Origin: Myxococcota bacterium | Lineage (GTDB): Bacteria; Myxococcota_A; Polyangia; Polyangiales; Sandaracinaceae | Assembly (NCBI GenBank): GCA_036149055.1 | Contig: JAYZQJ010000096.1 | Location: forward strand, 1 to 13,246 | DNA: 13,246 nucleotides | Direction: 5' to 3' | Part shown: one piece after another, positions 1 through 7,776 of the stretch | How the letters are laid out: every line of letters starts with the position of its first letter | How positions within the stretch are numbered: the stretch's first letter is position 1 | Made by a program: the position numbers and the translations under genes | Notes under the pieces: generated by a model | The model's input: only the letters and a program-made list of their open reading frames with translations | Told to the model about the DNA's origin: nothing | Databases searched by the model: none

Positions 1-29
1 CGCCCTCCGCAAACATCGCGGCGCGTCCT

Positions 30-132
30 CCGCGGGGCCCCCCCCCCCACTCCGGGGCCTCGCGCCGCTCGGCCCGGCCCCCGGCGGGGGGCGCCGGGGG
101 CCCCGCGGCTCGCGCTCGCGCTGCGCGCGAGC
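30..132. repeat. GC-rich multi-hairpin non-coding element
   Basis: Perfect 13-bp inverted repeat 30-42/96-108 (ccgcggggccccc/gggggccccgcgg), competing 11-bp stem 76-86/92-102, 8-bp stem 114-121/125-132, and a C11 run at 38-48. Confidence 0.6.
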
Positions 133-160
133 TGGCCGCCTGCCGCCGCGGGAGCGCGTG

Positions 161-212
161 CGAGGAGGGGACGGAGTGAACTTGTGAACTTACGTAGTTC
201 ATCCGCCTACGA
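161..212 (+). repeat. Intergenic repeat family A, copy 1
   Basis: cgaggaggggacggagtgaacttgtgaacttacgtagttcatccgcctacga; 50/52 identical to 3082-3133. Confidence 0.95.
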
Positions 213-291
213 AGGTGGCTAGCTCGGTAGCCAGCCGAGCCTCCGATTCGCGGCCCACGCGGCTGGCATGGGTCCTGCGCTCGCGCGGGGC

Positions 292-1602
292 ATGAAGCTC
301 CGCCTCGTCGCGCTCCTCTTCGCTCTCGGCGCCTGCGCCACCGACGTCGGGGAGCCCGCCGCCGACCTCGGCGCGATCGGGACCAAGGCGGACGACGCGC
401 GGGTTCGCGAGGTGGAGCTCGACCTGGCGCCGGGCGAGGTGCGGCGCTTCCGGGTCTCGGCGCTCCGCTTCTTCGCCACCCTCTCGCAGGGCGGCGCGGT
501 CCCGGCGCGGCTCTCGGCGAAGCACTACGCGATCGAGCTCGAGGGCGAGGCCTCCTTCGAGCCGGAGCTCGACGTCGCCGCGCCGGCCGGCGAGGAGGAG
601 ACGCTCCGCAACTGGACGCTCCGCGTGCACAACCTCGGCGACGCGCCGCTCCGCGGCACCCTGCGCGTCGAGTCGATCGCGGAGCTGCCGGTCGAGGATG
701 GCCTCCTGCGCCGCGCCACCGTCACCGTCGAGCCCGGCGGCGTCCGGCGCCTCCGCGTCCGCGGCCCGAGCGTGCGCGCCGAGCTCCGCTCCCCGGTGCT
801 CGCGCGGCTCTCCGCCAAGCACTACGAGATCGACGTCTACGGCGAGCCGAGCCTCACCCCGACCGTCGAGGCGATCAGCGCGCGCGAGCGCAACTGGACG
901 ATCCGCGTCGAGAACCTCTCGCTCGACGAGACCCTCACCGGCGAGCTCACCGTCCGCGTGCTCACCGACGCCGACGCCCTCGCGGCCCGCTGGCGCGACA
1001 CCTTCGGCCCGGCGATCGAGGAGGCCGGCGGCGCCGACGGACGTCTCTCGCGCGCCTCGGCCGAGCGCATCGCGCGGCGCGACGACGCCCTCCGGCTCGC
1101 GGCCGACAACGGCACCTGGTTCTTCGACACCCACGACCAGGCCACCGTCTCCGCCGCGCGCCTGCTCGACGTGCTCACCGCCGAGGCCGCGCTCCACCTC
1201 CGCGCGGTCGCCGGACCCGACGGCCTCGTCTCGCTCGCCGAGGCCGACGCGCTCCCCGCCATCTGGCGCGCCGACGTCCGCTACCTCCTCGGCGCCGGCG
1301 AGCCCGACCCGCGCACCTGGGACGACTACGTCGCCGAGCTCCGCGCGCTCGTGCTCGACGCCTTCAGCACCGGCGCCCACACCCCGGTCGACGGCGTGCC
1401 CGGCCCCGTCCGCTTCCGCCGCGAGCTCGACCGCTTCCACGACGCCGGCTTCGATGCGAGCTTCTCTCTCTGGGTCGAGGAGGGCACGCTCTTCGTCTCG
1501 GTCGGCGCCTCCGCCGGCTCCCCCTCGCGCCACCTCGTCGGCTTCCACGATCTCGGCGCCGCGCCCCCCGCGCCCTCGATCGTCCATGGTGAGGATCTGT
1601 AA
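292..1602 (+). CDS. Lipoprotein with two tandem beta-rich repeat domains and a helical EF-hand-like region
   Basis: ORF 268..1602; likely start ATG 292 (MKLRLVALLFALGA-C lipobox), followed by TKAD; duplicated ARLSAKHY..EG..RNWT.RV.N segment. Confidence 0.85.
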   Translation: MKLRLVALLFALGACATDVGEPAADLGAIGTKADDARVREVELDLAPGEVRRFRVSALRFFATLSQGGAVPARLSAKHYAIELEGEASFEPELDVAAPAGEEETLRNWTLRVHNLGDAPLRGTLRVESIAELPVEDGLLRRATVTVEPGGVRRLRVRGPSVRAELRSPVLARLSAKHYEIDVYGEPSLTPTVEAISARERNWTIRVENLSLDETLTGELTVRVLTDADALAARWRDTFGPAIEEAGGADGRLSRASAERIARRDDALRLAADNGTWFFDTHDQATVSAARLLDVLTAEAALHLRAVAGPDGLVSLAEADALPAIWRADVRYLLGAGEPDPRTWDDYVAELRALVLDAFSTGAHTPVDGVPGPVRFRRELDRFHDAGFDASFSLWVEEGTLFVSVGASAGSPSRHLVGFHDLGAAPPAPSIVHGEDL

Positions 1603-1637
1603 TTCGCCGCGCCGCACCTCGCGATCCACGGTGCGGC

Positions 1638-2240
1638 ATGCGAAGCCTCGCCCTCGTCGCGCTCTGTCTCTCCCTCGCCCTCGGCTGCGCCATGTCGCGC
1701 GACGAGCTCGGGCGGCTCGAGACCGAGGTGGCCGCGCGCAACGCCGAGCGGCAGCGGACCGCGGGGGCGGAGCTGGAGGGGGAGGGTTACGTCGACGCCG
1801 AGGCGGAGCGACGGTGGGCGCGCCTCGACGAGGAGGATCGACAGCGCTGCCTCAGCCGCGAGCTCGGCGAGGCCCCGATGCGGATCACGCTGGACGAGCG
1901 CGAGCTCACCGCGGACCCGGCGGCGACCTGCGACTTCTTCCGCGGGCGCGTCGCTCGGCTCGAGGCCGCCGGGCCGGTCGTGCTCCACGCCATCCCCGGT
2001 GTCGGCGTCATGCGCGCGCCGGGCGGCGAGCACGTCCTCGTGCACACCGTGCTCCGCACCGTCCGGACCCACGAGGTCCTCGTCGACATGGACTGCGACC
2101 ACATGCCGCGCGTCGAGCCCGATCCGCTCGAGCTCGGCGCCCACGTCCCCGTGCTCGTCGCGCCCGAGCGTCCCCGCGAGATCACCCACGAGGTCGACCG
2201 AGAGGTCGTCGAGGTGGACTGCACCCGCAACACCTACTGA
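1638..2240 (+). CDS. Hypothetical lipoprotein
   Basis: MRSLALVALCLSLALG-C lipobox; GC3-biased codons; normal amino-acid composition. Confidence 0.8.
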   Translation: MRSLALVALCLSLALGCAMSRDELGRLETEVAARNAERQRTAGAELEGEGYVDAEAERRWARLDEEDRQRCLSRELGEAPMRITLDERELTADPAATCDFFRGRVARLEAAGPVVLHAIPGVGVMRAPGGEHVLVHTVLRTVRTHEVLVDMDCDHMPRVEPDPLELGAHVPVLVAPERPREITHEVDREVVEVDCTRNTY

Positions 2241-2318
2241 GGTCACCCTCGTCCCCTCGAGCCGCAACCCTTCGTGCGACTCCGAATGGAGAGAGCGCCA
2301 CGTCGTGTACGATTCCGC

Positions 2319-3071
2319 ATGCACGCCGCCTTCGTCCTCGCCTTCGCCTTCTGGTGGTCCGCCTGCGGCTCGGATCACGCCTCGGGGCCGCCGGTCCGCG
2401 AGCAGGTCGTCGATCTCCTCGAGGCTCGCCACGGTGAGCGCTTCGAGGTCACCTTCGTGGGTGGGGGCGTCAACGCGGGGAACCTCTTCGACGGGCCGTC
2501 GCGCACCTACGAGGCCGATCTGCGCAGCCCGACGGATCCCGAGCTGCGCGCGCACGCGCTCGTCCGGGTCGAGGAAGGACGCGTGCTCGAGGTGGAGGAC
2601 GACGTCCGACAGACGCGGGCCGAGAGGGAGCTGGCGTCGGCGGCGCGGGAGGCGGCTCGAGTCGAGCTGCCGGAGCTGGCGAGCGTGTGCGCCGCCGCCA
2701 CCTTCGAGCCTGACGCCGAGCCCGACCCCGCCTCGCCCAAGGCCGGCCTCCGCCGGGTCCACTACACCCTGAACGTAGGAGGCCTCGACGCGCCCGCGGT
2801 CCTCGCCGCCAAGGAGCGCGTTCGCCGCTCGCTGCTCGCCCTGGGCAACCCAGGTCGCGAGCCCGCGGGCGTGGAGATGCGCTTCTTCTCGGGCCCCGTG
2901 CCGCCCCCGCTCGACGACACCCCGTGCACCACCGAGAACACCACCTCTCTCACCCTCTCCGTGCCCACCCTCATGCTGCCCCTGCCCGCCGCCACCACCC
3001 CCGAGAGCTTCGACGCCGACACCACCGCCATCGGCTTCGGCCGCCGCGGCCCCCTCGGCGCCCAGCCCTGA
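2319..3071 (+). CDS. Hypothetical lipoprotein
   Basis: ORF 2274..3071; likely start ATG 2319 (MHAAFVLAFAFWWSA-CGS), with TACGAT 5 nt upstream. Confidence 0.75.
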   Translation: MHAAFVLAFAFWWSACGSDHASGPPVREQVVDLLEARHGERFEVTFVGGGVNAGNLFDGPSRTYEADLRSPTDPELRAHALVRVEEGRVLEVEDDVRQTRAERELASAAREAARVELPELASVCAAATFEPDAEPDPASPKAGLRRVHYTLNVGGLDAPAVLAAKERVRRSLLALGNPGREPAGVEMRFFSGPVPPPLDDTPCTTENTTSLTLSVPTLMLPLPAATTPESFDADTTAIGFGRRGPLGAQP

Positions 3072-3081
3072 GGCCTCGGCT

Positions 3082-3133
3082 CGAGGGGGGGACGGAGTGA
3101 ACTTGTGAACTTACGTAGTTCATCGGCCTACGA
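3082..3133 (+). repeat. Intergenic repeat family A, copy 2
   Basis: Direct repeat of 161-212 with 2 mismatches; starts 10 nt after the stop codon at 3071. Confidence 0.95.
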
Positions 3134-3223
3134 GGCCGAGCGTCTCGCTCGCGAGGTGAACAACCCGTGACGTCCGCGCCGCGTCGGCTTGCGGGGCGGC
3201 GCGCGGTTGCGATGCTCGCGCGC

Positions 3224-4291
3224 ATGATCGCCCGCACCCTCCTGCTCGCCCTCGCCCTCGCCGCCTGCGACGGCGCCTCCGACGCGCCCACCGACGCCGG
3301 CTTCGACGCGACCGTCGCCCTGGACTCCGCCACCGACTCGGCCATCGACTCGGCCGTCGACTCGGGCGCGGACGGCGGCCTCGAGCGCGACGCGGGCCTG
3401 GAGACCGACGGTGGCGCCGTGACCGACGCGGGGCAGCCGACCGAGCTGGCCTTCCGGGTCGTCGACGCGCAGCTCCCCGAGGGCGCGGGCGTCGCCCGGG
3501 GCCTCGAGCTGTTCACCTCCGAGGCCGCCCTCGCCGCGTACTTCGGCGGGGTCGCGCCCGCCGGCGTCGACTTCTCGCGCGAGCACGCGCTCCTCTACAC
3601 CGAGGGCGACAAGCCCTTCCCCGGCCACCTCGCCACCGTCACCGGGCTCGCGCTCAGCGCCGATGGAAGCGAGCTGCTCGTCGACACCGCGCACCGCGAG
3701 CCCGGCGCCAGCTGCGAGACCCTCGGCCTGCGCCGCGTCGCGTTCCAGCTCGTCGCCTTCGAGGCCACGCCGACCCGCGCCACCGAGCGCGCCCACGCGT
3801 CGTCCACCTTCGACTGCGCGACCAGCGGCGGGGCCGAGCACGCCGCCTGCTCCGAGGCGATGCTCTGCGGCGCCGGCCTCATCTGCGGCAACCTCACGCG
3901 CGGCGACGCCGGCCTCTGCTACCCGGCGGCGCTCTGGGACACCTTCACCGACCCGACCGAAGGCGCGCTCACCGACGACGGCGTCACCACCCGCACGCTC
4001 ATGGCCTCGGGCCTCGCGACCGTCGACGTCGACGTCATCGCGTACGTCGAGCTCACCCACGCCGACCCGTCCGAGCTGCGCATCACGCTCACCAACCCGT
4101 CGGGCAACGAGGTCGTCGTCTTCGACCGCGAGCCCGTGGCCAGCCCGGTGCGCCTCGCCCGCGTCCCGGTCGGCTTCTCCGGCGACGAGGACGTCAACGG
4201 CGAGTGGACCCTCCGCGTCACCGACCACGTCCCCGGCAACACCGGCACCCTCACCCGCTGGTCCGTCGAGATCGTCAGCCGCTGGGATTGA
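3224..4291 (+). CDS. Lipoprotein with a PrcB C-terminal-like domain and a C-terminal proprotein convertase P-domain
   Basis: Start 3224 or 3212; lipobox LALAA-C; D/S/A/G-rich linker; VDFSREHALL..G.K...G (PrcB_C-like); Cys-rich linker; LTHADPSELRITLTNPSG...GEWTLRVTD...GTLTRWSVEI (P-domain). Confidence 0.85.
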   Translation: MIARTLLLALALAACDGASDAPTDAGFDATVALDSATDSAIDSAVDSGADGGLERDAGLETDGGAVTDAGQPTELAFRVVDAQLPEGAGVARGLELFTSEAALAAYFGGVAPAGVDFSREHALLYTEGDKPFPGHLATVTGLALSADGSELLVDTAHREPGASCETLGLRRVAFQLVAFEATPTRATERAHASSTFDCATSGGAEHAACSEAMLCGAGLICGNLTRGDAGLCYPAALWDTFTDPTEGALTDDGVTTRTLMASGLATVDVDVIAYVELTHADPSELRITLTNPSGNEVVVFDREPVASPVRLARVPVGFSGDEDVNGEWTLRVTDHVPGNTGTLTRWSVEIVSRWD

Positions 4292-4306
4292 GCTCGCGAG
4301 GTCGGC

Positions 4307-5980
4307 TCAGAAGCGGTGCAGGTACAGCCCGTTGTCGGGTCCAGGCGCGCCTCCGCGGAGCACGTCGAAGTAGCGCACGTTGACCAGGACGGCGGCGCCG
4401 GCGCGGTCGACGTGCTCGGTCCCCGGGCCGAGCGCGACGAGGGGGAGGTGCACGTCCCGTGCGATGACCCGCTCGGCGCCGCCTTCGATGACCGCGAGCT
4501 CCATCAGCGAATCGGGATCCGAGCCGTAGGCGTGACCCAGCACCACGCGGTCGGGGCGCACGACGGTGGCCTGCGCCCTGACGTCCTCGGAGAGCACCCG
4601 CGGCGCCCACTCGGGGGCGGAGGCGGTCATCAGGTCTCCGTCGCGCCAGTAGACGAGCGAGTCGGGCCCCTGGAAATGGAGGTAGCTCCCCTCGACGCCC
4701 GGGAGCACCGCGGCGTCGGAGCCGTCCGCGTTCATCAGGGTGGTCGGACCGGAGGTCTCGGCGACGGCCACGCGCGCGCCCTCGATGGCGAGCGAGGCGG
4801 CCAGCGCCCCTTCGTCCAGCACGCGCGACGGCGCGCCGCCCTCGAGCTGCGCTCGCTGGAGCTCCACCCCGAAGAAGAGCCAGCCGTCGCTCGAGATCCC
4901 TCGAAAGGCGAGCCGGCTGCGGCCGCCGGGCCCCATCGGGCTGAGCCGATGGATCTCCGCGCCGTCGTCGAGGCGGTGCACGTAGAGCTCGACCGGGGCG
5001 CGGGAGCTCTCGCTCGCGACGTAGGCGACGCCGTCGTGCTCGAAGACGCGCGTGTGGTCGGCGAGCCCCTGGACGGGGAGCTGGGCGACCCTCGTCACCT
5101 CGTCCGTCGCCGGGTCGACGGTCGAGATGATGAAGCCGCCGACCTCGTTGTGGACGCAGACCACGCGCCCCTCCACCGCGCCGACCGGGAGACAACGGTC
5201 GGGCAGGATCACCAGCGCGCCGGTCTCGAAGTCCCACGCCACGCCCGTGGTGTCGCCGACGAACGGCTCGGGCCGAGGGGTCGAGGGGGCGGCGAAGAGC
5301 GCGTAGCGCGAGTCGCCGGAGAAGCCCTGGAACCGAGGTTGACGGTTGGAGGCAGCCGTGCGGACGGCGAAGAGCTCGCGCGCCTCACCGTCCGCCGCGT
5401 CCCAGGCGAACACCAGGCCGTCGTCCTCCCCGGTGAAGAAGACCGCGCGCTGCCCGTCCGGCGAGAGCGCGTAGTCCCACGCCGGGTCGGCCAGCCGCGC
5501 CCCCGCTCCTTCGACGCAGCGCGTCCCCTCCGCGCGGTACCCCTCGTCACACTCGCAGACCGGGCCCGTCGACCCGGCGACGCAGCGGCCGTGGTCTCCG
5601 CAGTCGACGTCGGCGCAGGCGCCCGACGCCGCGGACGGCATGCAGTAGGTGGCCTCCACCTCGCGGTAACCCTCGTCGCAGCGGCAGAGCGGCCAGTCGG
5701 GCTCTCCGCGCACCACCACGCACTCCCCGTGGCCGTCGCACTCCACCCCGTCGCACTCGCGGCCCGGGACGACCGGCACGCAGGCGACGCCGTCCGCGCG
5801 GTAGCCCGCGTCGCAGGCGCAGGTGGGGGTGCCGTCGGCGTCCACGCACCGGCCGTGACCCGAACAGTCGACGCCGCCGCACGCCTCGCCGACCGGCCCC
5901 TCGCAGCCTCCGAGCGCGGCGAGCGAGATGCCCACCGCGAGGGCTGCCGCGACGCTCAGCTTCGACCTTCCGTGATGCAT
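4307..5980 (-). CDS. Lipoprotein with three EGF-like repeats and a TolB-like beta-propeller
   Basis: ORF 4307..6049; likely start ATG 5980; lipobox LGG-C; three C..V.C..HG.C....C.CD.GY....C units (5516-5881); LSPDGQRAVF, FSGDSRYALF and ISSDGWLFF blade-like motifs. Confidence 0.88.
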   Translation of the reverse strand: MHHGRSKLSVAAALAVGISLAALGGCEGPVGEACGGVDCSGHGRCVDADGTPTCACDAGYRADGVACVPVVPGRECDGVECDGHGECVVVRGEPDWPLCRCDEGYREVEATYCMPSAASGACADVDCGDHGRCVAGSTGPVCECDEGYRAEGTRCVEGAGARLADPAWDYALSPDGQRAVFFTGEDDGLVFAWDAADGEARELFAVRTAASNRQPRFQGFSGDSRYALFAAPSTPRPEPFVGDTTGVAWDFETGALVILPDRCLPVGAVEGRVVCVHNEVGGFIISTVDPATDEVTRVAQLPVQGLADHTRVFEHDGVAYVASESSRAPVELYVHRLDDGAEIHRLSPMGPGGRSRLAFRGISSDGWLFFGVELQRAQLEGGAPSRVLDEGALAASLAIEGARVAVAETSGPTTLMNADGSDAAVLPGVEGSYLHFQGPDSLVYWRDGDLMTASAPEWAPRVLSEDVRAQATVVRPDRVVLGHAYGSDPDSLMELAVIEGGAERVIARDVHLPLVALGPGTEHVDRAGAAVLVNVRYFDVLRGGAPGPDNGLYLHRF

Positions 5981-5986
5981 CGCCGG

Positions 5987-5992
5987 AGAGTA
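5987..5992 (-). promoter_or_regulatory. Putative -10 box of a leaderless transcript
   Basis: TACTCT 6 nt upstream of ATG 5980; no Shine-Dalgarno. Confidence 0.45.
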
Positions 5993-6031
5993 CCGAAGGC
6001 ACGGGTGTCCGCGAATGGGAACATGGGCCTC

Positions 6032-6060
6032 GGGGACGCTCGTCGTCATATCGTCATTCG
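6032..6060 (+). repeat. Intergenic repeat family B, copy 1
   Basis: ggggacgctcgtcgtcatatcgtcattcg; identical to 9586-9614 and 12812-12840. Confidence 0.97.
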
Positions 6061-6105
6061 GCGCGGCCGCCCGAGCCGTGGAGGAAGGGCGGTCTGCGGG
6101 CGTCG

Positions 6106-6111
6106 TAGCTT
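6106..6111 (+). promoter_or_regulatory. Putative -10 box of a leaderless transcript
   Basis: TAGCTT 6 nt upstream of ATG 6118. Confidence 0.4.
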
Positions 6112-6117
6112 GCTTGC

Positions 6118-7719
6118 ATGACCATCCCTGCGCGCTGCGCGCGAGTCGTGGCCCACGGTGAGCCGCTCGACGCCGGACCCGGCGAGACGCTCTACACCCT
6201 CCAGATCAACGGCACCCTGAAGATCGAGGGCGCGGCGAGCCTCGAGACGCTGCGGGAGGCCGTCGAGTCGGGCTTCTTCGACCAGGTCAGCTGGATCGCC
6301 GTGGACCGCGACGCCCAGCTCGAGCGCTTCCCCGAGAACCTCGGGCGGCTGCCGCTCGAGGGCATGTCGATCGGCTCGGATCGCTTCACCGGCTGGGACA
6401 CGCTCGCGGCGCTCCCCATCGCGTCGCTCTTCCTCGAGGAGTGGGTGAGCCGGCTCGGCGAGGGACTCGGCGCGAACACGAGCCTCCGAGAGCTCAGGCT
6501 CCAGAGCGCCAAGAACCTGACCGAGCTCCCGAGCGACTTTCGCCAGCTGAAGCTCACGCGGGTGACGTTCCACAAGGGCCAGATCGACGCGCTCCGCGCT
6601 CACCTGGAGCACATGCCCAGCCTGGTGGCGGCCACGGTGGCGGGAGCGGGCGTGAGGCTGCAGGGCGGACAGCTCTCCATCGGCAATCCCACCGGCAACC
6701 ACCGGGCGCTGTGGAGAGACTGGCATGGGCACGAGCGCGCCCTGGAGCTCGCGTTCGATGGGTTCGGTGAGCCCGTGACCCGCCTCGTGCTCGAGCCCCA
6801 GTCGACGCTCCCGGCGCTGCCGGCTCCCTCGCGGCTGCCCGACGTGGAGGCCGTCGTCGTGCACTCGGGCGCGCTCGACGACTGGAGCAGCGTCTTCCGG
6901 CTCGGCTCGCTGAAGAGCCTCGTCGTCGACAAGAAGGCGAGCGGCAGCCTGGAGGGGATCTCCGCGCTCACGAAGCTCGAGACCTTGATCGTGAAGGCGA
7001 AGGGCGTCACCGAGCTCCCCGCGGAGATCGCGGGCATGCGGTCGCTGGAGACGATCGAGGTGAGCCCCGCGCTGCGTCCGGCCCTCGAGCCGATGAGCGA
7101 CGCGCGGACGGCGCTCGCGCTCGAGGCGGTGCTGGAGCGGCTCGAGCGCGCGCTCGCGCAGACCGCGCCGGACTACCTGGCGAGCCTGGCCCCCGGCGTC
7201 GACGACGCGGCCCTCGACGCGGTCGAGGCGGAGCTCGGCGTCTCGCTCCCCGCGACGGTGCGCGCGCTCTATCGGTGGCGCGACGGTCACCTGAAGCAGG
7301 ACGGCCGGTTCGTCTACCTCCGCAGCTTCGAGTCGCTGGCGAGCGCGGCGTCGACGTGGAAGATGCTGCGCGAGATGGAGCGCGCGGGGGAGTGGGCGCG
7401 CGACGGAGAGCAGCCTCCCGGCGTGTGGTCCGATCGCTGGTTCCCGTTCGCCCGCTGGTCGAACGGCCTCCACCTCTGCGTCGATCTCGAGGGCACCTAC
7501 CGGGGCCGGCGCGGGCAGGTGCTCGAGGTCTGGATGAAGGACAGCGACCGTCAGATCGTGGCTCCGGACCTGACCGCCTGGCTCGACGTCTTCGTCCGCG
7601 CGCTCGAGGACGGCTCGATCCGCGAGACGGCGGGCGGCGACCTCCACTGGGACCGTCCCCCGGCCTACGCCGCGATGCGCGGCTACCCGGTCCGCAAGAC
7701 CAGCCGCCAGGCGCCGTGA
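6118..7719 (+). CDS. Leucine-rich-repeat protein with a C-terminal SMI1/KNR4 (SUKH) domain
   Basis: LRELRLQSAKNLTELPSDFRQLKL and LTKLETLIV..KGVTELPAEIAGMRSLETI (LRR); LAPGVDDAALDAVEAELGVSLPATVRALYRWRDG...WFPFA...LCVDL...GQV...VAPDLTAWL (SMI1/KNR4). Confidence 0.9.
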   Translation: MTIPARCARVVAHGEPLDAGPGETLYTLQINGTLKIEGAASLETLREAVESGFFDQVSWIAVDRDAQLERFPENLGRLPLEGMSIGSDRFTGWDTLAALPIASLFLEEWVSRLGEGLGANTSLRELRLQSAKNLTELPSDFRQLKLTRVTFHKGQIDALRAHLEHMPSLVAATVAGAGVRLQGGQLSIGNPTGNHRALWRDWHGHERALELAFDGFGEPVTRLVLEPQSTLPALPAPSRLPDVEAVVVHSGALDDWSSVFRLGSLKSLVVDKKASGSLEGISALTKLETLIVKAKGVTELPAEIAGMRSLETIEVSPALRPALEPMSDARTALALEAVLERLERALAQTAPDYLASLAPGVDDAALDAVEAELGVSLPATVRALYRWRDGHLKQDGRFVYLRSFESLASAASTWKMLREMERAGEWARDGEQPPGVWSDRWFPFARWSNGLHLCVDLEGTYRGRRGQVLEVWMKDSDRQIVAPDLTAWLDVFVRALEDGSIRETAGGDLHWDRPPAYAAMRGYPVRKTSRQAP

Positions 7720-7776
7720 AGCCCTCCCCGTTGCGCTCGGTCGTCTCGGTTCACACCTTTCAGCGGGGGAGGGACG

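Noticed and set aside
177..201. LexA/SOS box in repeat A
   Set aside because: Spacings (GAAC-N4-GAAC, GAAC-N7-GTTC) do not fit the Gram-positive GAAC-N4-GTTC or alphaproteobacterial GAAC-N7-GAAC boxes; neighbours are not SOS genes
3284..3435. gactcgg/gacgc short repeats as a DNA repeat element
   Set aside because: Explained by the D-S-A/D-A-G low-complexity protein linker
4289..4309. Terminator between convergent genes
   Set aside because: Only a weak 5-bp stem (tgagc/gctca) and no U-tract
5981..6049. Upstream MTTSVP start of the EGF lipoprotein (and the MGMGK start at 12797)
   Set aside because: These ATGs lie inside repeats B and C; signal peptide and -10 positions support the downstream starts
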